From the NCBI RefSeq assembly GCF_000008465.1, contig NC_006512.1, positions 1,470,001-1,502,000 on the forward strand: a stretch of 32,000 nt of DNA, given 5' to 3'. The DNA is from Idiomarina loihiensis L2TR (GTDB lineage Bacteria > Pseudomonadota > Gammaproteobacteria > Enterobacterales > Alteromonadaceae). The notes under the pieces were generated by a model, which was not told the origin of the DNA, searched no databases, and saw nothing but the letters and a program-made list of their open reading frames with translations. This document shows positions 17,058-25,239 of this stretch, one piece after another (the first letter of the stretch is position 1; every line of letters starts with the position of its first letter). The position numbers were made by a program, and so were the translations under genes.

Positions 17058-18295
17058 TAGTAGGCCTGCGATTTGCTGGCGGTAACCTGAACAACCGATA
17101 CCCGTTGTTCCAGAAAGCCACCTTCACAATAGCTGAAATAGTAGTTCCAAAGTCTGGAAAAGCGTTCATCGTAGCCAAGCTTTTCGAGCTCGCTTTCATG
17201 GGCGTTAAAACGCTCTTCCCACTGTCTCAGGGTTTTTGCGTAACTCAGACCGAAGTCGTGCACGTCACGTACCACCAAGTCGGTGTAACGCGTAAACAGT
17301 TGCGTCATTTGGCTTAAAGACGGAAGAAAACCACCGGGGAAGATATGCTTTTGAATAAAATCTACAGAGCGAGCATAGGATTTCGCTCGCTGGTCGGCAA
17401 TAGTGATAGCCTGTAACGACATTCTTCCGTCTTCTTTCAACAGTTTGTTGCAGGTTTTGAAAAAAGTCGGTAAGTATTCCTTTCCTACCGCTTCTATCAT
17501 TTCAACCGAGACCAACTTGTCGTACTGCCCTTCTAAGTCACGGTAGTCACGTTTCAACAGTTCAATTCTGTCGGACAAGCCCGCCGCTTCAACTTGCTGC
17601 TTAGCGTACTGAAACTGCTCATCAGAAATGGTCGTCGTGGTTACCCTGCAACCATAGTTTTTGGCCGCATAAATGGCCAGGCCACCCCAGCCCGTGCCTA
17701 TTTCCAACAAGTGGTCTTGCGCCTTTAAATCAAGCGAATCGCATAAGCGCTGCATTTTATTGCACTGTGCTTGCTCCAGTGAGTCGGCAGGCTCTTTAAA
17801 TAAACCACTGGAATATTGCATGGCGCTATCAAGAAAACGGGTATAAAGCTCGTTGCCCAGATCGTAGTGAGCGGAGATATTCTTTTTTGCCTGTCCTTTG
17901 TGGTTACGATTACTCCAATGCTGGTATTTATTAAAGGGAAAAGTTAACCAGGCCAGTCGCGTTTCTAGTTTATCTAAGGCCGGTAAGTTACGGGCAAAAA
18001 TACGAATAACCGAGGTTAAATCGGGGGTATCCCAATGCTTATCAATATACAACTCGGCTGCACCAATACTGCCACCAGTAACCAGGCGACGGTAAAAAGA
18101 TGAATCCTTCACGTCAATTTCAGCGTTCAGGTCTTTATCGGAATGCCCGAAAGTTTCAATGAACGTGCCTTTCTCTTTTATCGTCAACTGCCCATACTGC
18201 AAATGAGCTAGTAGTTTAAAAGCGATAGTTCGGAAAAGCTTATCCAACACACCATACTGAATAGGCGCTACCATAGTTGTTTCACCACTGGACAT
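17057..18295 (-). CDS. Cyclopropane-fatty-acyl-phospholipid synthase-family SAM-dependent enzyme
   Basis: 412 aa. Motifs are HYDLGNELY, the SAM motif LLEIGTGWGGLA, VTTTTIS.EQ and FIQKHIFPGG.LPS. AAGG lies 8 nt upstream of the ATG. Confidence 0.9.
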   Translation of the reverse strand: MSSGETTMVAPIQYGVLDKLFRTIAFKLLAHLQYGQLTIKEKGTFIETFGHSDKDLNAEIDVKDSSFYRRLVTGGSIGAAELYIDKHWDTPDLTSVIRIFARNLPALDKLETRLAWLTFPFNKYQHWSNRNHKGQAKKNISAHYDLGNELYTRFLDSAMQYSSGLFKEPADSLEQAQCNKMQRLCDSLDLKAQDHLLEIGTGWGGLAIYAAKNYGCRVTTTTISDEQFQYAKQQVEAAGLSDRIELLKRDYRDLEGQYDKLVSVEMIEAVGKEYLPTFFKTCNKLLKEDGRMSLQAITIADQRAKSYARSVDFIQKHIFPGGFLPSLSQMTQLFTRYTDLVVRDVHDFGLSYAKTLRQWEERFNAHESELEKLGYDERFSRLWNYYFSYCEGGFLEQRVSVVQVTASKSQAY

Positions 18296-18316
18296 ACAAA
18301 CTGCCTTCTAATTATT

Positions 18317-19039
18317 TTAGTTACCAGGGTTTCCGTAAAATGGAACCCGCTTGATAAAAAGCTTTAACGCCTGCCAATAAATGCCCCCAATAATTTTTAG
18401 AGCCATAACAGGTGTTGTTCTTAATACGCGGTAAACTTCAGTACGGTTTAGCGGTTGTCTATTTAATTTCATACCGGCAACAAAATCTTTCTCTTGCTGG
18501 TGGGCGCTTAGAGTGACTTTTAAACTCTCGGTGGGTGGCTCTATCTGCCAGTGGTAGGTCATATCCATAGGATTAAATGGAGAAACGTGGAATTGCTTTA
18601 CGGTTTCAGGACACTCTTCTGACAAATCGACCAAGTAATAATGACGTTGCAGCCAGGGCGTATTACTGACTTCAGCTAACATGTGCGTATATTCGTCATT
18701 GTCCTGCCGAAGAAAATACAAATTAATGGGGCTAAAAAAAATTCCAAAGGTACGTAAGTTACCGACAAATAGAACCTGACCGGTTAAATCTTTTCCGGCA
18801 AGGGAGGACATTTTCTTTAGTGCCGCCTGGTGTAAATTGCCCTCTTCATCTTTTAGGTAGTCCTTTCGACGAAACCAAAGGGGAGCAAAACTGTTACAGG
18901 ATAACCAACGGCTTATAGAACTGACTTGATCGAGTTCAGATAAATCAATACACCATTGTTGAAAACGGTAATTAAAGGCATGATGTTTGGGGCGATGTCT
19001 TACATGAAAAACATCGCCCCAATATATGGCGCTCTTCAT
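18317..19039 (-). CDS. DUF1365-family protein
   Basis: The N-terminus MKSAIYWGDVFHVRHRPKHHAFNYRFQQWCIDLSELD matches the DUF1365 signature (G.V.H.R..P..H.F.Y......DL.EL). ATGA overlap with the upstream gene. Confidence 0.83.
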   Translation of the reverse strand: MKSAIYWGDVFHVRHRPKHHAFNYRFQQWCIDLSELDQVSSISRWLSCNSFAPLWFRRKDYLKDEEGNLHQAALKKMSSLAGKDLTGQVLFVGNLRTFGIFFSPINLYFLRQDNDEYTHMLAEVSNTPWLQRHYYLVDLSEECPETVKQFHVSPFNPMDMTYHWQIEPPTESLKVTLSAHQQEKDFVAGMKLNRQPLNRTEVYRVLRTTPVMALKIIGGIYWQALKLFIKRVPFYGNPGN

Positions 19040-20310
19040 GAGTTATCAATCGCTTCAGTATTCAAACGGTTAGCAACATCAATAGCACTTCTTACGCCGT
19101 CTTCATGAAAACCGTTATACCAATAAGCACCAACAAAATGGGTGCTGTTCTTTCCGCAAATCGCATTTCGTTCTGCTCTGGCTTTTAAAGACTGAACAGA
19201 ATATTGCGGGTGTTCATAGGTAAAGGTTTTAATAATCTCATCAGAGTCAATGGCAGCTGTATTATTCAATGTAACGCATACGGTTTTATCACACTGCAAC
19301 CCTTGCAGGATATTCATATTATAGGTTACTGAACTGGGTTGTTCTTCTGCTGCATCATCTTCTCTTAATAGGTAATTCCAACTTGCCCAGGCACGTCGGT
19401 TTCTGGGTAACAAATTCTCGTCTGTATGCAGAACAACCTCATTCGGGCAATATTTTATCTCACCAAGAATACGTTTTTCGTCGGGGCTGGCATCGTCAAG
19501 TAAAGCAAGCGCCTGGTCACTGTGACAGGCGAAAACCACTTCATCAAAATACCGTTCCTCGCCATTACTAAAAACAAGAACAACCTGTTCCTGTTGGCGC
19601 TTAACCGCAACAATTTCACTGTTTAGCTCAAGCCTTTCTTTAAACGGTTCGGTCAGCATAGGAATGTACGCGTGAGAACCACCAACCAGCGTGTGCCACT
19701 GAGGACGGTCGCTAACATTCAATAACCCATGGTTATCAAAGAAACGTAAGAAAAAGCCCAGAGGAAAGTCCTTCGCATCGGCCAGGCTTGCAGACCATAT
19801 AGCCGAAACCATTGGTAATAAGTAGTACTGCGAGACCGATTCCGGAATATCGTGCCGAGTAAGAAATTCTGCCAACGTGACATTGTCCGCTTCGCTGACA
19901 TCCTCTTCTAACGCGCTTTTAGCGGCAGCGTTAAATTTCAGAATCCCCCGTAACAAACGGTAAAAAGACAAGCTAAACAAATTTTTCCGCTGTGCAAACA
20001 GTGTATTTAAGTTATGTCCGTTAAACTCCAGTCCCGACTTAGGGTCACGTACACTGAAACTCATTTCAGTGTCGCGCCAGGCCACTTTCAGCTCTGTCAA
20101 CAAGCGTTTAAAGCGTGGATACGTCTTGTCATTAAAAACGATAAAGCCTGTATCCACAGCATACATACTGCCATTAATTTTTACATCGCTGGTGCATGTA
20201 TGCCCGCCAATATAGTCATTTTTCTCAAATACACTGACTTGATGTTCACGACTTAAATAATAAGCACTGGTAAGACCCGCAATACCACTTCCAATAACGG
20301 CTATCTTCAT
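19036..20310 (-). CDS. FAD-dependent oxidoreductase (amine-oxidase / phytoene-desaturase-like)
   Basis: The N-terminus MKIAVIGSGIAGLTSAYYL...VFEKNDYIGGH is a dinucleotide-binding fold. 424 aa. ATGA overlap with the upstream SDR gene. Confidence 0.9.
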   Translation of the reverse strand: MKIAVIGSGIAGLTSAYYLSREHQVSVFEKNDYIGGHTCTSDVKINGSMYAVDTGFIVFNDKTYPRFKRLLTELKVAWRDTEMSFSVRDPKSGLEFNGHNLNTLFAQRKNLFSLSFYRLLRGILKFNAAAKSALEEDVSEADNVTLAEFLTRHDIPESVSQYYLLPMVSAIWSASLADAKDFPLGFFLRFFDNHGLLNVSDRPQWHTLVGGSHAYIPMLTEPFKERLELNSEIVAVKRQQEQVVLVFSNGEERYFDEVVFACHSDQALALLDDASPDEKRILGEIKYCPNEVVLHTDENLLPRNRRAWASWNYLLREDDAAEEQPSSVTYNMNILQGLQCDKTVCVTLNNTAAIDSDEIIKTFTYEHPQYSVQSLKARAERNAICGKNSTHFVGAYWYNGFHEDGVRSAIDVANRLNTEAIDNS

Positions 20311-21038
20311 GACGACTGCTTCCTTGCCATTTGTTCTGATAGTTTCACTTGTAAGCCTTCCGGCAAAATAGACATTAACTTCAGAAGGCTACTAAATAGC
20401 CACGGAAATGCGATGTCCCGTTTGTTTTTATTAATACCTTTTATTATTGCCTTCGACGCAAATTCAACGTCAACGCGCATTGGCATTTCAAAATCATTGG
20501 CATCAGTCATTGGTGTTTTCACAAACCCGGGTGATACGGTTTGAACTTTGATTCCCTGAGATTTCAAATCAACTTCCAGTCCCCGGGCAATATAGTGCAT
20601 TGCCGCTTTCGAACCGCCATAAGCCTGAGCCCGGGTAAACGGGAGAAGTCTCGCCAGACTGTCAACAATGACCAGACGCGCTGAGTCATTGAACTGAGGA
20701 AGCAAGGCTTCCACGCAATTCATTGTGCCGAATACATTCACTTTAAACACACGCTCGAACATGTCGGCATCGAACGCTTTAACGTCGAGGTATTCACACA
20801 CGCCCGCGCACAGTATGGCGACATCAATACCGTTAATTTGTGCTAAAGCACTTTTCGCCGATTCTTTGTTGGTAATATCAAAGGCGCTGCAGGTTATTTT
20901 TTCAGGGTATTGTTTTTGTACCTCTGACAACGCGTCGTTATTTCTTCCGCACACAACAACGTCATTGCCGTCAGCTGCATAATCCAGAGCCAGCTGGCGC
21001 CCAATACCTGATGAAGCTCCAGTAATTAAGACTTTCAT
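20307..21038 (-). CDS. Short-chain dehydrogenase/reductase (SDR)
   Basis: MKVLITGASSGIGRQLA is the TGxxxGIG motif, and YGGSKAA is the catalytic YxxxK. ATGA overlap with the upstream gene. Confidence 0.9.
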   Translation of the reverse strand: MKVLITGASSGIGRQLALDYAADGNDVVVCGRNNDALSEVQKQYPEKITCSAFDITNKESAKSALAQINGIDVAILCAGVCEYLDVKAFDADMFERVFKVNVFGTMNCVEALLPQFNDSARLVIVDSLARLLPFTRAQAYGGSKAAMHYIARGLEVDLKSQGIKVQTVSPGFVKTPMTDANDFEMPMRVDVEFASKAIIKGINKNKRDIAFPWLFSSLLKLMSILPEGLQVKLSEQMARKQSS

Positions 21039-21469
21039 TCGTCTGTTAGCCTATTTTTAATTTTATCAATGACATAGCCGACTAGCGGTACGTGTTCATA
21101 AAGCATTGCGCCGAGATCGTAATAATCTCTTTGTTCTCTGATTTTGCCGTCTTCAAAGGTTAAATACGAAACTCCCGGCAGAATAATTTCCATGCCATTG
21201 GCGAGCTTGGGGTGTGCGTAACGCATCTGCCATGTAAGGAACGCCTGCTCTTCCCCAACGCATTCATCGTCAAAGGCAAAGTGACAATACTCAACGTTTT
21301 CCATTGTGTGTTTTAGATACTTGCGAAAGTCGTCCAGCCCGACGACATGTTGTATTGGATCAGTAAACGAAATTTCGTCATGGTATAACTCATCCAGATC
21401 ATCAAGGTTTTCGGTTTTCAGCTCATCGTAGAACTCTTTGAGTTTTTCGACTAATTCACTGTTATCCAT
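21035..21469 (-). CDS. NTF2-like / SnoaL-like small protein
   Basis: 144 aa. The pattern (ELYHDEISFTDP....G...F..Y) and the size are typical of the NTF2-fold proteins found next to photolyase genes. It overlaps the phrB 3' end by 8 nt. Confidence 0.75.
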   Translation of the reverse strand: MDNSELVEKLKEFYDELKTENLDDLDELYHDEISFTDPIQHVVGLDDFRKYLKHTMENVEYCHFAFDDECVGEEQAFLTWQMRYAHPKLANGMEIILPGVSYLTFEDGKIREQRDYYDLGAMLYEHVPLVGYVIDKIKNRLTDE

Positions 21470-22868
21470 TTTTCACCTGCTTAAACGTTGTTAGGAATCG
21501 TTCACGAGCAAACTTGTGCTCGACCATGGGGTCGCAATAGTTATTACTGCTTTGTTGCTGAAGCCAACTATGAGGCCAGTGAATATACTTTGTTGGTACT
21601 TCCTTAAGTTCCTCTACCCATTTACGAATGTACTGCCCGTCAGGATCAAATTTCTCACTTTGCTTAACCGGATTAAAAACACGAAAATATGGAACGGCGT
21701 CAGTTCCGACCGAAGCACTCCATTGCCAGCCGCCATTGTTTGCCGGAAAGCTCCCGTCAATTAAATGCTGCATGAAAAAGGCTTCACCTTTTCGCCAATC
21801 CACTAATAGATCTTTTACCAGAAAATTAGCTGTAATCATTCTTAAGCGGTTGTGCATCCATCCGGTTGATGTCAATTGACGCATTCCGGCGTCAACAATT
21901 GGATACCCGGTTCGGCCATCACACCAGCGTTGGAAAGCGTCATCGTCCTCTAACCACTGAATGCTGTCAGTTTCAGACTGAAAGCTCTCACCTTTTGATA
22001 AACGCGGCACAAAGTACATTAAATGCTGATAGAACTCTCTCCACGCCAGTTCCGTAAGCCAGGTATCAGCCCCGGAAGCAAGCCCAAACGGAAACTCCGG
22101 CGAAAACTTGTGTAATGCCCGGACAGCCGTCTGCGGTCCGATAACGCCCTGCGCCAAATAAGCGGAAAGTTGTGAGGTTCCGTTTTCAGCCGGCAAGTCT
22201 CGGGCTTGTTGATAATCATCAACGCTGTGGCCAACGAATTGACCCAGTTTCCCCAAAACTTGTTGCTCGCCGGCACTCCAGTCAGACGAATCTTTTCTCC
22301 CCAACGGGCATTCAGGCAGGCCTTTTGCGGTAACTCGAGAATAAGATTTAATTTGCAGCGGTTCGCTGTAAGTTTTTTCGCTTAATACTTGTCGCCACCG
22401 CCGGTTAAAAGGCGTGAACTTTTTGTAGTAGTCACCTTGTTGTGTTCTGACCTCTCCGGGCGACACCAACAAGTTACCATGATGCGAAACCAGTTCAATA
22501 TCATCATTGCTTAGTACCGCATTGGTAGCCGCGTCTCTACGCTTTTCATCCAGCGCATATTCCGCATTAATATGTACCCGGGCAATTTTATTTTCCCGAC
22601 AAAAGGATCGTAAAGCCCCTGGAACCTGACTGAATTTGGGTACTAACTGCACTTGCAGTTCAATGCCCTTTTCGGCTAAATCCTGCTGCAGGCATTCTAA
22701 GTTTCGCCAAATAAAGTCAACTTTTATCGGTGCCCAGTCATGGCTTTTCCAGGTTTCGTGGCACACAAAAAATATAGCCAAGGGTGGCTCATCGCCGTGG
22801 CATGCAGAAAACACGGCCGGGTTGTCTAAAATTCTTAAATCACTACGAAACCAAATTGCTTCTCGCAT
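21462..22868 (-). CDS. phrB: Deoxyribodipyrimidine (CPD) photolyase, class I
   Basis: WFRSDLRILDNPA at the N-terminus. The FAD-binding region is TGYPIVDAGMRQL..TGWMHNRLRMITANFLVKDL.VDWR.GE.FF...LIDG..ANNGGWQW. The ORF track starts at GTG 22871. I prefer the adjacent ATG 22868. Confidence 0.93.
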   Translation of the reverse strand: MREAIWFRSDLRILDNPAVFSACHGDEPPLAIFFVCHETWKSHDWAPIKVDFIWRNLECLQQDLAEKGIELQVQLVPKFSQVPGALRSFCRENKIARVHINAEYALDEKRRDAATNAVLSNDDIELVSHHGNLLVSPGEVRTQQGDYYKKFTPFNRRWRQVLSEKTYSEPLQIKSYSRVTAKGLPECPLGRKDSSDWSAGEQQVLGKLGQFVGHSVDDYQQARDLPAENGTSQLSAYLAQGVIGPQTAVRALHKFSPEFPFGLASGADTWLTELAWREFYQHLMYFVPRLSKGESFQSETDSIQWLEDDDAFQRWCDGRTGYPIVDAGMRQLTSTGWMHNRLRMITANFLVKDLLVDWRKGEAFFMQHLIDGSFPANNGGWQWSASVGTDAVPYFRVFNPVKQSEKFDPDGQYIRKWVEELKEVPTKYIHWPHSWLQQQSSNNYCDPMVEHKFARERFLTTFKQVKNG

Positions 22869-22870
22869 CA

Positions 22871-23806
22871 CTACAGCCCATAACGTAATTTTAAATCATC
22901 GGGATATGGCGTCAGATACCATTGCCCTTCTAAATATTCTTTCGGAAACTCGCGCAAATAATGTCGTATTAACGTTAGAGGGGACATCAGAGGGAGAATG
23001 CCATCGTGATACTGGAGAATGATATCACTCAGCTCTTCTCGTCTTTCATGGGCGAGATCCGCTTTAAAATAACCCTGGATATGTTGAAGCACATTGGTGT
23101 GGTTCTTACGCGACGCCGGTTTTGATAAAGCGTCCATCACATCAATGATATATTGCTCCGCAAAGGCACTGTCGATGCTTTCCTGTTCCCCCAGACGTTT
23201 CCCCAACTCGCGGTAACGTTGCTGATTATGGGCTAACAAAAGTAGCTTGCAGCGTTGGTGAAACTGCAAAAGCTGATGTTTGGACAGTTTCTGCGTCATT
23301 TCTTTCCATTGACTAAACACGTAAACCCGCATCACAAAGTTTTCACGTAAATGCGGGTCATTGAGCCGGCCATCTTCTTCTAAAGGCAAAGCGGGATTCT
23401 TTTCTTTAAGCCGCGCGGCAAAAATTCCCATTCCAGCTTTTTGTTCATGCCCGGTTTCCGGATCATATAACTTGACCCGCTCTATACCGCAGCTGGGAGA
23501 TTTTGCGCATAGAATGTAACCGCTTAACTGCTCTACTTTAACCTGAACCTTATCGGCAAAGGCAGCTAGCTGTGACGTAACATTTTCACCGGTTTTGGGC
23601 ACTACCGCCTGTACATCGTCATGTTGCTCAAGGCGAATAGTCGGTCTTGGCACCGGCATTCCAATACCAACTTCCGGGCAAAACCGTACCAGTTCAATGT
23701 GTCGACTTAATTCATCAACACAGAATGCGGACTTCTTGTGTCCCCCGTCAAACCGGACCTCGTCGCCCATTAAACAGGAACTAATACCCACTTTTAACTT
23801 TACCAT
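22871..23806 (-). CDS. ybgA: YbgA-family protein (DUF523 + DUF1722)
   Basis: The DUF523-like N-terminus is KVGISSCLMGDEVRFDGGHK. The C-terminal helical half is typical of DUF1722. AGGGG lies before the ATG. This is the first gene of the operon, as in many photolyase loci. Confidence 0.85.
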   Translation of the reverse strand: MVKLKVGISSCLMGDEVRFDGGHKKSAFCVDELSRHIELVRFCPEVGIGMPVPRPTIRLEQHDDVQAVVPKTGENVTSQLAAFADKVQVKVEQLSGYILCAKSPSCGIERVKLYDPETGHEQKAGMGIFAARLKEKNPALPLEEDGRLNDPHLRENFVMRVYVFSQWKEMTQKLSKHQLLQFHQRCKLLLLAHNQQRYRELGKRLGEQESIDSAFAEQYIIDVMDALSKPASRKNHTNVLQHIQGYFKADLAHERREELSDIILQYHDGILPLMSPLTLIRHYLREFPKEYLEGQWYLTPYPDDLKLRYGL

Positions 23807-23848
23807 TTTAACCCCTGTTGAATTTCACTGATGATAATGTACGGTATA

Positions 23849-23883
23849 TCGATAAAAATAGTTTGGCATTTATTCGATAAAAA
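23849..23883. promoter_or_regulatory. Perfect 10-bp direct repeat TCGATAAAAA x2 (25-bp offset) in the ybgA / lon-N divergent region
   Basis: Copies lie at 23849..23858 and 23874..23883. A regulatory role is inference only. Confidence 0.25.
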
Positions 23884-23951
23884 AGATCCAACCAGACCCA
23901 CCTCAACGTAATGTTTCTTAATTGTTCAAACTACTAGCCAAATGAGGTTAT

Positions 23952-24530
23952 ATGCAGCAGTATCAGCAGTTACAGCTATTCCCGCTTACCTCGCATATAA
24001 TGCCGGGCGGACGCATGAAATTGAAGGTGTTCGAGCCGCGCTACACCAGGCTGGTAAAAGAGTGTCTGCAAAATAACAGTGAGTTTGTGGTGGCCATGTT
24101 TAACAACGAACATGCAACGACATCAAGCGATTACCTTCTTCCTTACGCCACCACAGTAAAGATTATTGATTTTGAACCAAGAGATGATGGCCTACTCGGT
24201 ATAACCGTTGAAGGGAAAAGTCGGGTTCGTATTGACGAGCATTGGTCTGAAAGCGATAAATTAAGGTTTGGGAAAATAGAGTACCTCGAAAACTGGCCTG
24301 AACTTTCTCTGGATAACGCAGCCGATAAACTCAAGACTCGATTACAGGAAGCTTTCGAGACCTACCCGGAACTTTCCGAGTTGTTACCTGATCTCGGCTA
24401 CGAGAAACTTGACTGGGTTTGTTCAAGGTGGCTTGAAATACTGCCTCTGGACGTCTATACAAAACAAGAGCTGATAAGATGCGAAAGTTGTCTAAAAGCA
24501 AAAGAATATCTGTTAGACTTAATTCGTTAA
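23952..24530 (+). CDS. Stand-alone Lon N-terminal (LON substrate-binding, PUA-like) domain protein
   Basis: 192 aa. LFPLTSHIMPGGRMKLKVFEPRYTRLV is the characteristic start of the Lon N-domain (LP.FPL....LFP......L.IFEPRY). There is no AAA+ or protease part. GAGG lies 4 nt before the ATG. Confidence 0.82.
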   Translation: MQQYQQLQLFPLTSHIMPGGRMKLKVFEPRYTRLVKECLQNNSEFVVAMFNNEHATTSSDYLLPYATTVKIIDFEPRDDGLLGITVEGKSRVRIDEHWSESDKLRFGKIEYLENWPELSLDNAADKLKTRLQEAFETYPELSELLPDLGYEKLDWVCSRWLEILPLDVYTKQELIRCESCLKAKEYLLDLIR

Positions 24531-24555
24531 TTGAGTAAACATTCTGCCATCTGGG

Positions 24556-24582
24556 TGATCCATTTTCTCAACACCCCGTAAT
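24556..24582 (+). promoter_or_regulatory. Candidate ECF (sigmaE/ChrR-type) autoregulatory promoter TGATCC-N15-CGTAAT
   Basis: TGATCC at 24556..24561 and CGTAAT at 24577..24582, 37 nt upstream of the sigma-factor ATG. It matches the TGATC...CGTA-type consensus that I recall for ChrR-partnered ECF sigma factors. Confidence 0.6.
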
Positions 24583-24618
24583 AGTTAGAACATTGTGTGA
24601 AAAGAAGCAGGTCTAATT

Positions 24619-25239
24619 ATGCAAATGGTGTCAGAAAGAACATCGCAACGGGGGTCTATGGCTACCACCCAGACAGACGCTGCCGAGAAAGCCGCGGAAC
24701 TGCTGGCAAAGATTGCAGAAAATAGAAATCGCGCTGCCTTTAGTGAACTCTTTAGGTTATTTGCACCAAAACTACAATCTTACGCTACAAGACAATTTGG
24801 TAATGAACAAACGGCTATGGATCTCGTCCAGGAAACCATGACTAACGTCTGGCATAAAGCTCACTTGTTCAAGCCTGACCGTGGCTCTCCTTCTACTTGG
24901 ATATTTACCATAGCTCGTAACATCCGCTTCGATTTGCTTCGTAAGAACAAAAAACGCAAAGATGATATCAGTGCTGATGAACTCTGGCCGATTCTCTCCG
25001 AGCAGAACGATAGCCTCGATGACGGTTACGCATTGGATCACGATGTTCTGATGCAGGAAATTTCTTTTTATTACGCTCAATTGCCCGATGCACAACGGGT
25101 TGTTATTGAGAAGATTTATATTGAAGGTAAATCTCAGCAGGAAGTCTCTGACGCTCTGGGAGTACCTTTAGGGACAATTAAGTCCCGAACTCGTCTAGCA
25201 TTAAAAAAATTGAAAGAGTTGATAGTCGATGATGATTAA
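24619..25239 (+). CDS. ECF (group 4) RNA polymerase sigma factor, ChrR-partnered (RpoE-like)
   Basis: Region 2 is DLVQETMTNVWHKAHLF...STWIFTIARN. Region 4 is the HTH QRVVIEKIYIEGKSQQEVSDALGVPLGTIKSRTRLALKKL. The start is ambiguous: ATG 24619, or ATG 24658 preceded by GGGGG. The 3' end overlaps the anti-sigma gene by 11 nt. Confidence 0.9.
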   Translation: MQMVSERTSQRGSMATTQTDAAEKAAELLAKIAENRNRAAFSELFRLFAPKLQSYATRQFGNEQTAMDLVQETMTNVWHKAHLFKPDRGSPSTWIFTIARNIRFDLLRKNKKRKDDISADELWPILSEQNDSLDDGYALDHDVLMQEISFYYAQLPDAQRVVIEKIYIEGKSQQEVSDALGVPLGTIKSRTRLALKKLKELIVDDD

